Below are positions 36,866 to 50,597 of a stretch of DNA of 64,000 nucleotides, piece after piece. The stretch is taken from assembly GCA_030390025.1 (NCBI GenBank), contig CM059425.1, positions 171,184,001 through 171,248,000 on the forward strand, in the 5' to 3' direction. The stretch comes from Squalus acanthias (Eukaryota). Made by a program: the position numbers and the translations under genes. The notes under the pieces are model-generated. The model did no database searches. It was given only the letters and a program-made list of their open reading frames with translations, and was not told the origin of the DNA. Within the stretch, counting starts at the first letter, position 1, and each line of letters opens with the position of its first letter.

Positions 36866-39535
36866 AACAACATAAGAAATAGGAGCAGGAGTAGGACATT
36901 CGGCCCTTCGAGCCTGCTCCGCCATTCAATGAGATCATGGCTGATCTTCTGCCTCAACTCCATTCACCGGCCCTATCGCCACATCCCTTGATGCCCTTAC
37001 TAGTCAGAAATCTATCGACTTCTGTTTTGAATATACCCAATGACTGAGCCTCCACCCTATCAAGCCCTGTAATAATTTTGTATGCTTCAATGAGATCCCC
37101 TCTCATTCTTCTGAATTCAAGAGAATACAGGCCTAGTTTACTCAATCTCTTCTCATACGACATTCCCGCCATCCCAGGAATCAATCTCGTGAACCTTCGT
37201 TGCACTCCTTCTATGGCAAGTATATCCTTCCTTAGGTAAGGAGACCAAAACAGTACACAATACTCCAGGTGTGGTCTCACCAGGGCCCTATATAATTGCA
37301 GTAAGATGTCTTTACTCTTATACTCAAATCCTCTTGTAATAAAGACCAACATACCATTTGCTTTCCTAATTGCTTGCTGTACCTGCATGTTAACTTTCAG
37401 TGATTCATGTACATGGACACCCAGGTCCCTCTGAACACCAACATTTCCCAATCTCTCACCATTTAAAAAATACTCTGCTTTTCTATTTTTCCTACCAAAG
37501 TGGAGAACTTCACATTTCTCCACATTATATTCCATTTGCCATATTCTTGCCCACTCATTTAGTTTGTCTATATCCCCTTGAAGCCTCCTTGCATCCTCCT
37601 CACAACTTACATTCCCACCCAGCCTTGTATCATCAGCAAATTTAGATATATTACATTTGGTCCCCTCATCCAAATCATTGATATAGATTGTGAATAGCTG
37701 AGGCCCAAGCACTGATCCTTGCTGTACCCCATTAGTTACACCCTGCCAACCCGAAAATGACCCGTTTATTCCTACTCTCTGTTTTCTGTCCGTTAACCAA
37801 TCCCATGAGCCCTAATTTTGTTTAATAACCTCCTGTGTGGCACCTTATCGAATGCCTTCTGGAAATCCAAATACACCACATCCACTGGTTCCCCCTTATC
37901 TATTCTGCTAGTTACAACCTCAAAAAACTCCAACAGATTCATCAAACACGATTTCTCTTTCATAAATCCGTGTTGACTCTTCAATCCTATTATTATTTTC
38001 TAAGTGCCCTGTTACCACGTCCTTAATAATAGATTCTAGCATTTTCCCTAATACTGATGTCAGGCTAACTGGTCTGTAGTTCCCCATTTTCTCTCTCCCT
38101 CCTTTCTAAAATAGTGGGGTTACATTTGTTACCTTCCAATCCGCGGGAACCGTTCTAGAATCTATGGAATTTTGGAAAATGACAACCACTGCATGCAATA
38201 TCTCTATAGCCAACTCTTTCAAAACCCTAGGGTGCAGGGCATCAGGTCCAGGGGATTTATTGACTTTCAGTCCCATTAATTTCTCCAGAACTATTTTTTT
38301 ACTAATACTAATTTCTTTCAGTTCCTCATTCTCGTTAGAGCCTTGGTTCTCCACTATTTCCGGGAAGTTTTTTGTGTCTTCTTCCACGAAGACAGACACA
38401 AAGGGTGCGATCTTGCCAGCCCTGGGGAGGCGGGTATGGAGGCAGGACTGCCGGGAAAATGGCAGAATCTGGGGGTGGGTGCCCATCCCGCCCCCAACCC
38501 GCCTCCGTGCCATCTTGGCAGGAGGCGGGTAGCTGACCCGCGCCGGGTCCCGTCTCCTTGGAAGCAGGAAGGGGATTAGTTCCACTTATTTGCCTGTTAA
38601 CAGATGGTTAACAAGCAGATAAGAGGATTATCCCCATTTTACCCACACAAGTGCGGGCTTCCCGAAGGCTGCGAACCCCGCTAGGGTCATCGAGGCGAGT
38701 AGTGGGTCTGCGGGGGTCGGAGGGGTGCAAAAGTGCACTGTGAAGGTAAGTGATGGGTGCAAGTGTGGCGAGGTGAGTATGTGAGGTAAGTGGAAAGTGT
38801 TAGAAAAAGTTAACTTACCTTTGTTTCTTCCTGCAGGCTTCAAGAGTTGGGTATGCGGAGAGTCTCGCATCTTACCGGCAGAGATGGCAGATGGCTGCTG
38901 CATTCTCCAATGCAACAACCATCTAATTTCTGCTAAAGAAAGAGGTTTGATGAGTCTTGAATTCAAGAACTCATCAAACTACAGAGAATGTCAGTGTTTG
39001 ACAGCTTCACAGCTGACGCTCTCTGTAACCGGCTTCCCCTAATTGGCCTGCTAAGCCCGCTGGGCGGGCTTAACAAGGTCAATCAAGGGAAAATAGCGTG
39101 GGTTGGCCAGAAGTTGATGGAGGCGGGACTAAAACCCGACAAGTGGGAGTCCTGCCTCCAAAAGCTCCCCATTGGCAAAATCCAGCCCAAAGTATTTATT
39201 TAATTTCTCGGCCATTTCCTTATTCCCCATTATAATTTCTCCTGTCTCAGCCTGTAAGGGACCCACATTTATTTTCGCGAATCTTTTCCTTTTTATATAC
39301 CTATAGAAGCTTTTACAGTCTGTTTTTATGTCTCTTGCTAGTTTACTCTCATATTCTATTTTCCCTTTCTTTATCAATTTCTTGGTCCTCCTTTGTTGAA
39401 TTCTAAAATCCTCCCAATCCTCAGGCTTACTGCTCTTTTTGGCAACATTATAAGCCTCTTCCTTTGATCAAATACTATCTTTAACTTCTCTTGTAAGCCA
39501 CGGTTGGACCATTTTTCCTGTGGGGTTTTTGTGCC
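36866..39535 (-). mobile_element. CR1 ORF2 (5'-truncated, internal deletions)
   Basis: ORFs 36954-37712, 37793-37984, 38106-~38400 and 39129-39377; has its own 3' tail at 36866. Confidence 0.92.
38403..39188. mobile_element. Harbinger-type MITE inserted in CR1
   Basis: Termini GGGTGCGATCTTGCC / GGCAAAATCCAGCCC; TSD AAA; removal restores CR1 GACACAAAGTATTT. Confidence 0.85.
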
Positions 39536-42229
39536 CCATCCCCGGGAAATGGACATCCGCGGGCAGAGTTGGGCTATTTGCCCAACGACTGCCCAGCGAA
39601 TGCCCATGAAACTCTTACGCCTGGTAAAAGCGGGCGTAAAGCTTTCTTTTGCCAGCATAAGAATTTAAGTAAATATTAAAATATTTGTAAAAATTATTTC
39701 AACATAAAAAAACTTTTAAAAATTAGTTTAGATTATTTAAAACGTTTAAATTTATTTTTTAAAAATGTAATTTTTATTTTAAATGTTTAATTAAATTGTA
39801 CTTTAATTAATTTTGAACATGTAATGATTTTTTTAAATTTAACTGATGCGTAATTGTATTTTTTTCAGGGATTCCTGTTCATGGTTCTGGGGATTCCGTA
39901 TGTAAATGGCATTCCCATAAGCATAATGGGAATCCCCCTTTTTGATTGGTTGGGCTGGCCCACGTGATCTCGGGGCGCACCCTGTGATACGTTGGCCTTT
40001 ACGCAGGTGTACACGTAGAGGCCCAGGAGCGCAAGTGTCCGAACCTCCGGGACCATCAGGTAGGTTCGTACTTTTCTTGCGGTTCAGAGGCATTCGCCCG
40101 CGGGAAGCCTCCGACCGCAAATTCAGGCCCAATGCTTTTGAAATCATGAAGACTAACGATAGAAATCAATGGATGAAATAGGATGGAATAAGAAAGGAAT
40201 TCGTCAATTTGTGATATGAAAGTGAACGAGCCCTGAAATAGAATGTACTACACTGTGCTGTGTTTTAAAATTAAAATAATAAATGCTCACGGTGTTTTGG
40301 TGGTCCTTTGATTAGAAGTGGCACTAGCATGAAGTTATCTGGGACAGGTGCTGCCTGCTGTCGAGTGGGTGTTTTCTTTCCCTTTCCCAGCAGTATGTGG
40401 AGGAGTTTTCCTGGAACGGATATCCATTCTCCATAAAAGCTGACACTACACTTTATCTGTCACAGTAACACTATTTTGGAGGCTGCATTTTACAAGCGTT
40501 CTAGTGATATGATTTATGGGTTCACTGTGCAGTTTCTGACACTTACGTGGCGATCTACCCCTATACTTACTGCAAAACAATTTGCGTATTGGAGCAAGGG
40601 TACACTACGTACATCACTTTGAAAATGAGCCCCATATCAGTATCTAATAAACTGCTGCATAAAGATCAGGTCAATCGTACAGAACATGGCTGCAAACAAA
40701 TTAGCAATTTTAATTATTGAATTGAATAGGTACACAACCAGTTCTAATCCACCCCATGTTTGTATGCTTCTCCTATGAAACTCAAACTCTTTGCCACCAT
40801 ACAGCAGATTGTGAGCATCCATTTCATACTTTGAAGGCATCCATACTCAAAGCCCCACCAACATCCAAAATGCAATTCATAAACAGCATGAAAAAGATAT
40901 TTGTAATTTTTTCTGTGAAAAGTATGTGTTGAATATTTTAAATAATCTTGCAAAGATAATGAAATGGAACAAAGCATAATACTGGCTTAAGCACATAGCT
41001 ATGGCTAAAAGATTAATTTCAAACATGTCACTGCAGAACCTGCAGCAGTATTTCGTTCACTGACCTGTTGTCTCATCTGCATATCTTACCAGATATTTTG
41101 TGAAAAAATACTTTGTAACTGCATTTTTTATGGGGAATGGGGGCCTGCCCTAACTGTCCCCACAGTTGGCCATGGTCGGCTGAGGGTTTCACTCCACTGA
41201 ACCTCTGACTGTGCACTGAGACTCCTAGAATTTCAGGCCTTTCATTTTTTTTTGAGGGTGCTGACGTTTGCTGGGGTGCAGTCACACAGGCATCAAAATT
41301 CCTCCAGTGCCTCACAAAACCAAGCAGGCCAACTATTTTCAGAGGGTATCACAACCAATCACTATTCTGTCTATCCCCACGCTGGTCCATTACGGATGCC
41401 TGGATAACAGCTGTCAGCAGGTACTTTGCTGATTTTCTTCCCTTCCCTTTTGCAGGGATGGTGAGGCCAATCATAGCACAGCAATTATTGCACTGGTTGA
41501 GATCAGCTAACGTAACAAAGACCAGGAATTGAACCTGGCATCTTCTGGTCAGCATGGTCTAGTCTGACGCTAAGCAATCCCTGTACCCATGAGTTCGTTG
41601 TAGGAGCTATCTTAGATGCTTAGTTATTTGGAAACTCATTTCATAGTTGAGCGACTTTTCTTCATTATAATATCTAATTAACATAAATTATTAGTATTGA
41701 ACTCCCAACTGTTTTAGCATGTAATTTTTTTTTATATATTCATTCATGAGTGTCGCTAGCAAGGCCAGCATTTATTGCCCATCCCTAGTAATTGCAATGC
41801 CCAATCTAGTACAGTACAACACAGGCCAGGATGTTTCTAAGTTTGATCCCACATATGTGCTGAGTTAACTGTCGGGGGGGGGGGGGGCAGAAACAATGGG
41901 GCTCGTACAATTAGTCTTAGCAGCACTGGGCAGAGGAGTGGTAAAATCAGAATCCAGTGGCTCCTGCTAAGAGGGTGCATGTGTAGGCATAAGGCTCAGC
42001 TGTGATGATTCCACAGTCAAATAGCTTCCAAGCACACACTGTCTAGACTCATGCATGAAGCACAGCCACTTGGGTGAAGTACCAGATTGTTGTGGGTGCC
42101 TGTGAAGCTGTAACCTAACATGAGTTGCCCTGGACAACAGCATGACCTAGACTGTCTGCTCTCAGCAGAAGACTGAAGGAGGCCTTGAGGCTGATACTCA
42201 TGACCTGTACCCGTAGCAAATGTAGAAAA

Positions 42230-42830
42230 TTTCAACCAACCCCGGCAGGTATGTGTTGGCAAAATTGGTGGCACAAGAGCGCACTCCTGCAGACATTGTG
42301 CTCCTGCCCCAGCCTATAACCCATCTGGATAGAGGTCCAGAAAGTCACTGGAGCTATGACATCCCCCCTGGGCCCAACTCCATGCACATTTGGCTGTTGC
42401 TGATGGGACAAGAAATACTCGTCACTCACAGGCTCACACAAATCCCACTCTTGGCAACGAGGAAATGCATCCCCTGGTGTGAAATACCCAGCACGGCACC
42501 CCACAACAAACACATCAAAAGAACATTTGTGTATTTGCCAGTCAGAGCAAGTAATTATGGACCATACATGAAGCTTGGAAAACACCAGGGGATACGAGAA
42601 GTCTCCCAGCCAGCCAGACTTCCATCCACCACCATCTCCCACAACCAGGCTGATTTTAGGTCTGACAGGCCCCAGCACTCTGATCAACTCTGACATGGAG
42701 CCACTGCTGCCTCAACCTAATACAACACCTCCCCCCACCACTCCCTAAGAGCCTCCAGCTCCTTGATCATGAAAAACTCCAACCCTGCCACCATCACCCT
42801 AATATGTAGATTCGTATAACTATATAATAC
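42230..42830 (+). mobile_element. Possible L1-clade ORF2 C-terminal remnant
   Basis: CWQN..LCSCPSL*PIWIEV and LLATRKCI motifs resemble the L1 CCHC region; heavily decayed. Confidence 0.4.
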
Positions 42831-42835
42831 TCATT

Positions 42836-43600
42836 GGGCCAGAAATTCAGCTCCCTGGCTTCCCGCGGGTGCAAGGATCGCGCGCGCACCTACCTACCGC
42901 GCCTGCCGTTGACCTCTGGGCCCACGAGGAATTCGGGTCCTGGGCCTCCCCCAACTGCCGGCGCGCAGTGCTTGCGTATCCCAGGGGCGCAGTTAGTGCG
43001 ATGCGTCCCCTGGGATCACGTGGGCCATGGAGAGCCAATGGCAGCAGACCATCTTTCATTCATAGATTTGACAAGAAGACCTGTCAAATCTATGAATACA
43101 GATCAGCCCCAAAACATCCCTAAAACTACAAATTATTTTTTTTTCAAAATCACATTTTTAAAATAACTATAAATTACATTAATTAACTATTTTAAACAAA
43201 AATTAAAATTTTTGAAAAAATTAATTACACTTTTTAACAGGGTTAAAACTAAACTTACCTTTCTTTAAAGTAATTAAAAAAGATAAATCTGTGAAAAAAA
43301 GGCTTAAATTTTAATAAAATCAACACTTACTTTGTTAAAAGAAGGCCTTGCGCCTCCTTTTTCAAAGTGTATCTTCTCCGTGCTTACCCTCACGGAGGAA
43401 CCTGTAAGAAAACCCGAAGTGCGAGGCGAACGCGCTGGCCCTCTGGCGTGCGCGTTCGACCTCTGAACCCCTTCCTTCAGGGGAACGGAAGTGCCGGTTT
43501 CCCGCGCATGCGCAGTGCATGCAAGAAACTGACACTTTCGTTCCGTCCACGGGTGAGTACACAGTGCGTACTCACCCGTGGCGAGCCTCATTTCTGCCCC
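42836..43600. mobile_element. Harbinger-type MITE
   Basis: TIR GGGCCAGAAAT / ATTTCTGCCCC; TSD ATT (42833-42835, 43601-43603); AT-rich centre. Confidence 0.85.
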
Positions 43601-44179
43601 ATTATATGTAATGACAAGTATTATGAAATCTATGTTATAGCATGGACGCTGTAACAAAGCATATTCTCAGAAAGTGTGTAAACTTCTTGTACAAAACAAA
43701 AAAAATACCCTCATGGATAGTCACTTGCACTTATATAGCGGGCTATTTTGGCCAAATACTTAAGGCGCTAAAGAGCACTAGGAACGGCTGCCCGGAGAAT
43801 TGTTAAGGGGCTGATTGACGATTAAATTGCCGGCTAGTGCTCATTAACAATGTTGCACGCTATTTTGGTGGGTAACGCTTCATTTAACGACCTCTCCGAA
43901 CGCCGACCAGCTGAACAGGAGTAAAGCGTTACTGAAAGCCATGCTCAGCTTTCACTGTTCACTTGCTGATTGAGATCGACTGACCACATTGCGTTGAAAG
44001 AAGACTCTTGAGACGCATCGGGAAACTTTCTGGGACACTTTGTCAAGACTTCACCAACACTCTGTCAACATATTTCCCAGATATTCTCTCAGGACTTCAC
44101 CTAAAAAGAGTGAGTGCAGTGCTACTGTACTTTATTGGAGACCTTATAGGAGTCACCAGGAGAACGGGACTGCTTGGTC

Positions 44180-45275
44180 ATGGGTATCTTGCCAGGGGTC
44201 ACTCTTACTCTGCATGAGGAATTGGAGGAGGAGATGAGGCCAGGCAGAGAAGCGCCAGCTGCTGCAGGAGAGAGGGACAGGTGGGATAGGTGGGCTCTCA
44301 GCAGGAGGCCCTATCTACCCAGGGCCTTCAGAGAGCACTACTACTACATTCACATGACCCAAGACCAGTGCATGAGGAGGCTGCGTTTTACCAAGGACAT
44401 CATTATAGAGATCTGTGGCCTCGTGGAACAGAGACTCAGACCTTGCAGCATAGCCAGGACTGTATTGCCTGTGCCAGTCAAGGTCACAGTAGCACTTAAT
44501 TTTAATGCTGCTGGAATCTTCCAGGCTGCCACAGGTGATATAAGTCACATATCACAATCCAGTGTACACTTCTGTATTAGGGAGGTCTCTGAGGCTCTAC
44601 CTGCTCTAAGGAATGTCTATATATTATTCCCTATTGCCAGAGAAGACCAGAGACAGAGAGCTCTAGGATTTGACAGGACTGTGGGACCTAATGGTCCAGG
44701 GAGCCATTGATTGTACACCTGTGGCCATGCGAACCCCTCATTTAATCTCGGAGGTGTTCAGGAACAGGAAGGGATTTCATTCCCTCAATGTGCAGCTCGT
44801 GTGCGACCACCGGCAGAGCATCATGCATGTGAATGCCTGCTATCCAAGGAGCTGCCACAATGCTTTTACAATGAGACAGTTATCCTTCCCACAGATCGTT
44901 GAGCCCCAACGCAATGTGCATGACTGACTACTAGGTGACAAGGGATACCCCCTGATGCCATGGCTCATGACTCCCCTGAGAAACCCTCAGACACCAGCTG
45001 AGCACTCACACAATGAGAGCCACTCAGCCACCAGGAATATCATTGAGCAAACCATTGGGGTCCTCAAGCAGAGGTTTAGATATCTTGGCCAGTCAGGAGG
45101 TGCTCTACAGTACTCGGCCAAGAAGATGTCCAGATCCGTGGTGATTTTCTCTATGCTCTACAATCTGGCGATCATGAGAGATCAGCCATTACCACCAGCA
45201 ATTGTGCCAGAGGGTCAAGCTGAGGAGCCACAAGAGGAGAAGGAGGAAGAGGAGGGAAACCGGGGGAGCACCTGA
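44180..45275 (+). pseudogene. Harbinger DDE transposase, disrupted
   Basis: [78 protein letters not shown]. Confidence 0.92.
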
Positions 45276-46463
45276 GGGTTCCAGGTAGACAGCCCGCACA
45301 TGGGAGGGACGCTCACCGCCATCTAATTGAAGAGCGCTTTTGAGAGACGTCCTCCACCATCAGACTCCAGAGCACTGTTGCCACATGATGTACCTTCTAT
45401 GATTTATGATGCATCAGGCAGTCCATCATCTGCACTCAATCCTTTCAACCCCTTCCCCATGAAGATCACAAAAAAAAGACCACCGATTCCACCACTACAC
45501 AAGTACCATCATCACTCTTCATCTACATCAAAAACAAACAAGGGAATCATTAGACAACCAACAGAACTTGCAAATATTGAACTATTCACCCTGGTGCTTA
45601 CTCTTAGTGGCTATCTATAAGTGCTCTTGTGTAATCTAGTGCTTCTACGAAGTGCAACCCTAGTGGCAGCAGCAGGTTAGGTGGATGGCTGCTGAAAATT
45701 TGAAGAGGGCAGTTCAGACGTCCTCCTGGGATGCCCTCGAGAGGCTGTGGGTCATGATAGCCCCACCTCTGACTGCACCATCTCAGCATGGGCTTGAGCA
45801 GTCTGGGCCGCCTAACTGACAGGCAACATCTAGGGCAATGGTGGAGTGGTGGGGGAGGGAGTAGCAATGCTGGCATCTGGAGAGAGGCCAGTAGATTCCT
45901 GCTCCATGATTCCCACGCCACTACCTCGGGGCCTCTGTTCAGCCCGCCCAGTGATCTGGTGGAGCATAGATCACTGGGCATTGGAGACACTCTGTCAGCC
46001 CCTTTCAACCGAGGAGCCCAGAGCCACCATGGCAGCTGCCTGAGCTTCCAGTGCAGCAGTTTGCCGTTCCATGGAAGCTGCGACCTCAGTCATCAGATGC
46101 TGCATGATGTCGCGCTCCACAGGTCGCTGGCTGCAAGTCACCAGCTTCTTGATCCTGGAGTTGATGGGTTCCAGGCTCTGCGTCCAGTCACGGACTAAGG
46201 TGGAGGTGGACTCCTCCATTCCCCTAGACAGAACCCCATGGCTTTCAGGCAGGCTCTCCATTGCACCAAGCATATGGTTTGTTGCACCCATCAGCCTTCT
46301 TCTGAAGCTTGGCCCTGCGAGGCCCTCATCTGATTCCTCTGCAGCAGAACTAGTATGTGACCTTGCCCCCCGGCAAGGTAGCAACTGTGGGGTCCCTTCA
46401 ACCTGGTGTGGCTGCTGCCCACTAGTGCCCGGTGTTTCCCACTGTGAGCATCCCTCTTCTAAG

Positions 46464-49400
46464 CTAGCCTAAATCCAACTCCTTCTTGAATATATTTAAT
46501 GAATTGGCCTCTACTGCCTTCTGTGGTAGAGAATTCCACAGGTTCACCACTCTCTGGGTGAAGAAATTCCTCCTCATTTCTGTCCTAAATGGCTTACCCC
46601 TTATCCTTAGACTGTGACCCCTGGTTCTGGACTCCCCGACCATCGGGAACATCCTTCCTGCATCTAGTTTGTCCTGTCCTGTCAGAATTTTATAAGTTTC
46701 AATGAGATCCCCTCTCATTCTTCTAAACTCCTGCGAGTATAAGCCCAATTGACCCAATCTCTCTTCATACGTCATTCCTGCCATCCCAGGTATCAGCCTT
46801 GTGAATCTTCGCTGAACTCCTTCAATGGCAAGAACATCCTTCCTCAGATAAGGCGACCAAAACTGCACACAGTACTCAAGGTGTGGTCTCACCAAGGCCC
46901 TGTACAACTGCAGCAAGACATCCTTGTTCCTGTACTCAAGCCCTCTCGCTATGAAGGCCAACATACCATTTGCCTTCTTAACCGCCTGCTGCACCTGCAT
47001 GCTTACCTTCAGCGACTGGTGCACAAGGACACCCAGGTCTCGTTGCACTTCCCCTTCTCCCAATCTATTGCCATTCAGATAATAATCTGCCTTTCTGTTT
47101 TTGACACCAAAGTGGATAACCTCGCATTTATCCACGTTATATTGCATCTGCCACGCTTCTGCCCAATCACCCAACCTGTCCAAATCATCCTGGAGTTTCT
47201 CGGCATCCTCCTCGCAGCACGCACGCCCACCCAGTTTTGTGTCGTCTGCAAACTTGGAGATATTACATCTAGTTCCCTTGTCTAGATCATTAATATATAT
47301 TGTGAATAGCTGGGGTCCAAGGACTGATCCCTGCGGTACCCCACTAGTCACTGCCTGGCACTCGGAAAAAGACCCATTTATTGCAACTCTTTGCTTTCTG
47401 TCTGCCAACCAGTTCTCTATCCAAGTCAATACCTTGCCCCCAATCCCATGTGCCTTAACTTTACCCGCTAATCTCTTATGCGGGACCTTATCAAAAGCCT
47501 TTTGGAAGTCCAAATACACCACATCCACTGGTTCTCCCTTATCTATTTTACCAGTTACATCCTCAAAAAATTCCAGTAGATTAGTCAAGCATGATTTACC
47601 TTTTGTAAATCCATGTTGACTTTGTCCGATCCTGTCACTGTTTTTCAAGTGCTCAGCTATTACATCTTTTAGAATGGACTCTAGCATTTTCCCCAATACC
47701 GATGTCAGGCTTACCGGTCTGTAATTCCCCGTTTTCTCTCTACCACCCTTTTTGAATAGTGGGGTAACATTAGCTACCCTCCAATCCATGGGTACTATTC
47801 CAGATTCCATCGAATGTTGGAAGATGATCAGCAATGCATCTACTATTTCTAGGGTCACTTCCTTAAGTACCCTAGGATGTAGATTATCAGGCCCTGGGGA
47901 TTTATCGGCCTTCAATCCCTTCAATTTCCCTAACACCATTTCCCTGCAAATACTGATTTCTTTCAGTTCCTCCCTTTCATCAGACCCTATGTTCCCCAAC
48001 ATCTCTGGGAGGTTATTTGTGTCCTCCTTTGTGAAGACAGAACCAAAATATGTATTTAATTGGTCTGACATTTCTTTGTTCCCCATTATAAGTTCCCCTG
48101 ATTCTGACTGCAAGGGACCTATGCTTGATTTCACTAATCTTTTTCTCTTCACATATCTATAAAAGCTTTTACAGTCAGTTTTTATGTTCCCTGCAAGCTT
48201 ACTCTCGTATTCTATTTTCCCCTTCTTAATTAATCCCTTTGTCCTCCTTTGTTGAATCTTAAACTGTTCCCAATCCACAGGGTTACTGCTTTTTCTGGCC
48301 AATTTATATGCCCTCTCCTTGGATCTTATGCTATCCCTAATATCCCTTGTTAGCCACAGTTGAGTCACCCTTTTTGTTTTATTCTTATGCCAAACTGGGA
48401 TGAACAAATTCTGTAGTTCGTCCATGCGGTCTTTGAATGTTTGCCATTGCCTATCCACCGCCAACCCTTTGAGTGACATTCCCCAATCAATCCGATCCAA
48501 CTCGCACCTCATACCATCGTAGTTTCCTTTATTTAAATTCAGGACTCTAGTCTCTGAGTCAACTACTTCACTCTCCATCCTAATGAAGAATTCTATCATA
48601 TTATGATCGCTCTGACCCAAGGGGCCTCGCACAACAAGATTGCTAATTAATCCTTTCTCATTGCATAATACCCAATCTAAGATGGCCTGATCTCTGGTTG
48701 GTTCCTCGACATATTGGTCCAGGAAACCATCCCGTAAACACTCCAGGAATTCCTCCTCCATAGTATTGTTACTAATTTGGTTAGCCCAATCTATATTTAG
48801 ATTAAAGTCACCCATGATGACTGCTGTGCCCATATTGCACGCTTCTCTAATTTCTCTTTTAATGCCATCCCCAACCTCCGCGTTACTGTTTGGATGTCTA
48901 TATATCACTCCCACTAACGTTTTCTGCCCCTTGTTATTTCTCAGTTCAACCCATACAGATTCCACATCATCAGAGCTAATATCCTTCCTTTCAATTGTGT
49001 TAATCCGCTCTTTAATCAGCAATGCTACCCCACCTCCCTTTCCTTTTTGCCTATCTTTCCTGAATATTGAGTACCCCTAGATATTGAGTTCCCAGCCTTG
49101 GCCACCCTGGAGCCATGTTTCGGTAATCCCAATCAAATCATATTCGTTTACCTCTATTTGCGCAGCTAACTCGTCCACATTGTTCCGAATGCTCCTTGCA
49201 TTAAGACACAAAGCCTTCAGTCTTGTTTTTTTAATGCTCTTAGACCTATTAGAATTAGTATTTACTGTGGCCATGTTTGATTTAAACCGTTGTTTACTCT
49301 GACTGCAACTTTTGTTTTTCTCCTTCCTATCTTTTGCTTTTATCCTTGTTTCCCTTTCCTCTGTCTCCCTGCTCAGGTTTCCAACCCCCTGCCATTTTAG

Positions 49401-49923
49401 TTTAAACCCTCCCCCAGAGCACTAGCAAACACTCCCCCTAGGACATCGGTCCCGGCCCTGCCCAGGTGTAGACCGTCCGGTTTGTACTGGTCCCACCTCC
49501 CCCAGAACCGGTTCCAATGCCCCAGGAATTTGAATCCCTCTCCCTTGCACCATTCCTCTAGCCACGTATTCATTTGAAATATCCTTCTATTTCTACTCTG
49601 ACTAGCACGTGGCACTGGTAGCAATCCTGAGATTACCACCTTTGAGGTCCTATTTTTTAATTTACCTCCTAACTCCCTATATTCTGCTTTTAGGACCTCA
49701 TCCCGTTTTTTTACCTATATCGTTGGTACCTATATGCACCACGACAACTGGCTGTTCACCCTCCCCTTCCAAAATGCTCTGTAGCTAAAGGGATCAAGGG
49801 ATATGGGGAGAAAGCAGGGACAGGGTACTGAATTTGGATGATCAGCCATGATCTCATTAAATGGCGGAGCAGGCTCGAGGGGCCGAATGGCCTACTCCTG
49901 CTCCTATCCTCTATGTTTCTATG
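46464..49923 (-). mobile_element. Young CR1 with inverted body (ORF1 part plus ORF2 on minus; 3' end on plus, 49783-49923)
   Basis: 852-aa open APE/RT frame 49022-46464, in frame with 49274-49077 (single stop); ORF1 esterase 49397-49639; plus-strand AKGIKGYGEKAGTGY* followed by the CR1 tail. Confidence 0.93.
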
Positions 49924-50597
49924 ATCACGGTCAGCACTGTCTCCTCAAGGGGAGTGATATCATGTAGACGTGGTTGACCTCCCCTGGTCAGGTCCTGCTG
50001 CTATCTTTTCCTGAAAGAGAAAGAGTGGTAATTGTGAATGAGTGTATTGATAGGTGTGGTTGTGTGTGTGTGATGCCTCACATGGTAAAAGAGTTGTGAA
50101 ATGTGTCTAAGGTGTGAGCAATGCCTGTGAAGGATGCAATAGTGTGGAGTGTGTGAATATCAGTGTATAGTTAGATGATGGATAAAGTGTGTTGAAGCTG
50201 TGATCAATGTTCCCTGTAATGCTTTTCTTGGGTGCACGGCCCCTTTAAAGGGCTGCGCGGCCCATTCAAATCTTCGCGCATGCACGGTTTTTCCATTAGA
50301 AAGCCGGCAAGCGGCCTGCAGGGGACCTTCAGACCGCTGTGTGGCCACGCAACCGCGCAGCTCAACAGGAACATTGGTTGTGATACTGGTGGTGGTGGTG
50401 CAGTTATTGAGAAGGGTGTTTGTGAGATGGGATCTTACTTTGACCACTCGTGTCAAGTCATTACATTTCTGGAGCCATGTCCTGGGCAGGGCACCTGCTG
50501 TGACCTCCCGGGTGATCTCTTCCCACATGCGCCGCATCAGATAACTCTGTGGCCTCCTTCCCCCTACGGGTATAGGAGAGCCCTCCTCTTCACGACC

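Larger units (their letters stand above)
36300..40130. mobile_element. Harbinger-type MITE split by CR1 insertions
   Basis: Termini GGTCTGGATTTTC / GCAAATTCAGGCCC with AAT on both sides (36297-36299, 40131-40133). Confidence 0.55.

Noticed and set aside
44180..45275. Domesticated HARBI1 host gene
   Set aside because: Frameshift and stop, flanking TIRs and multiple paralogous copies indicate a transposon.
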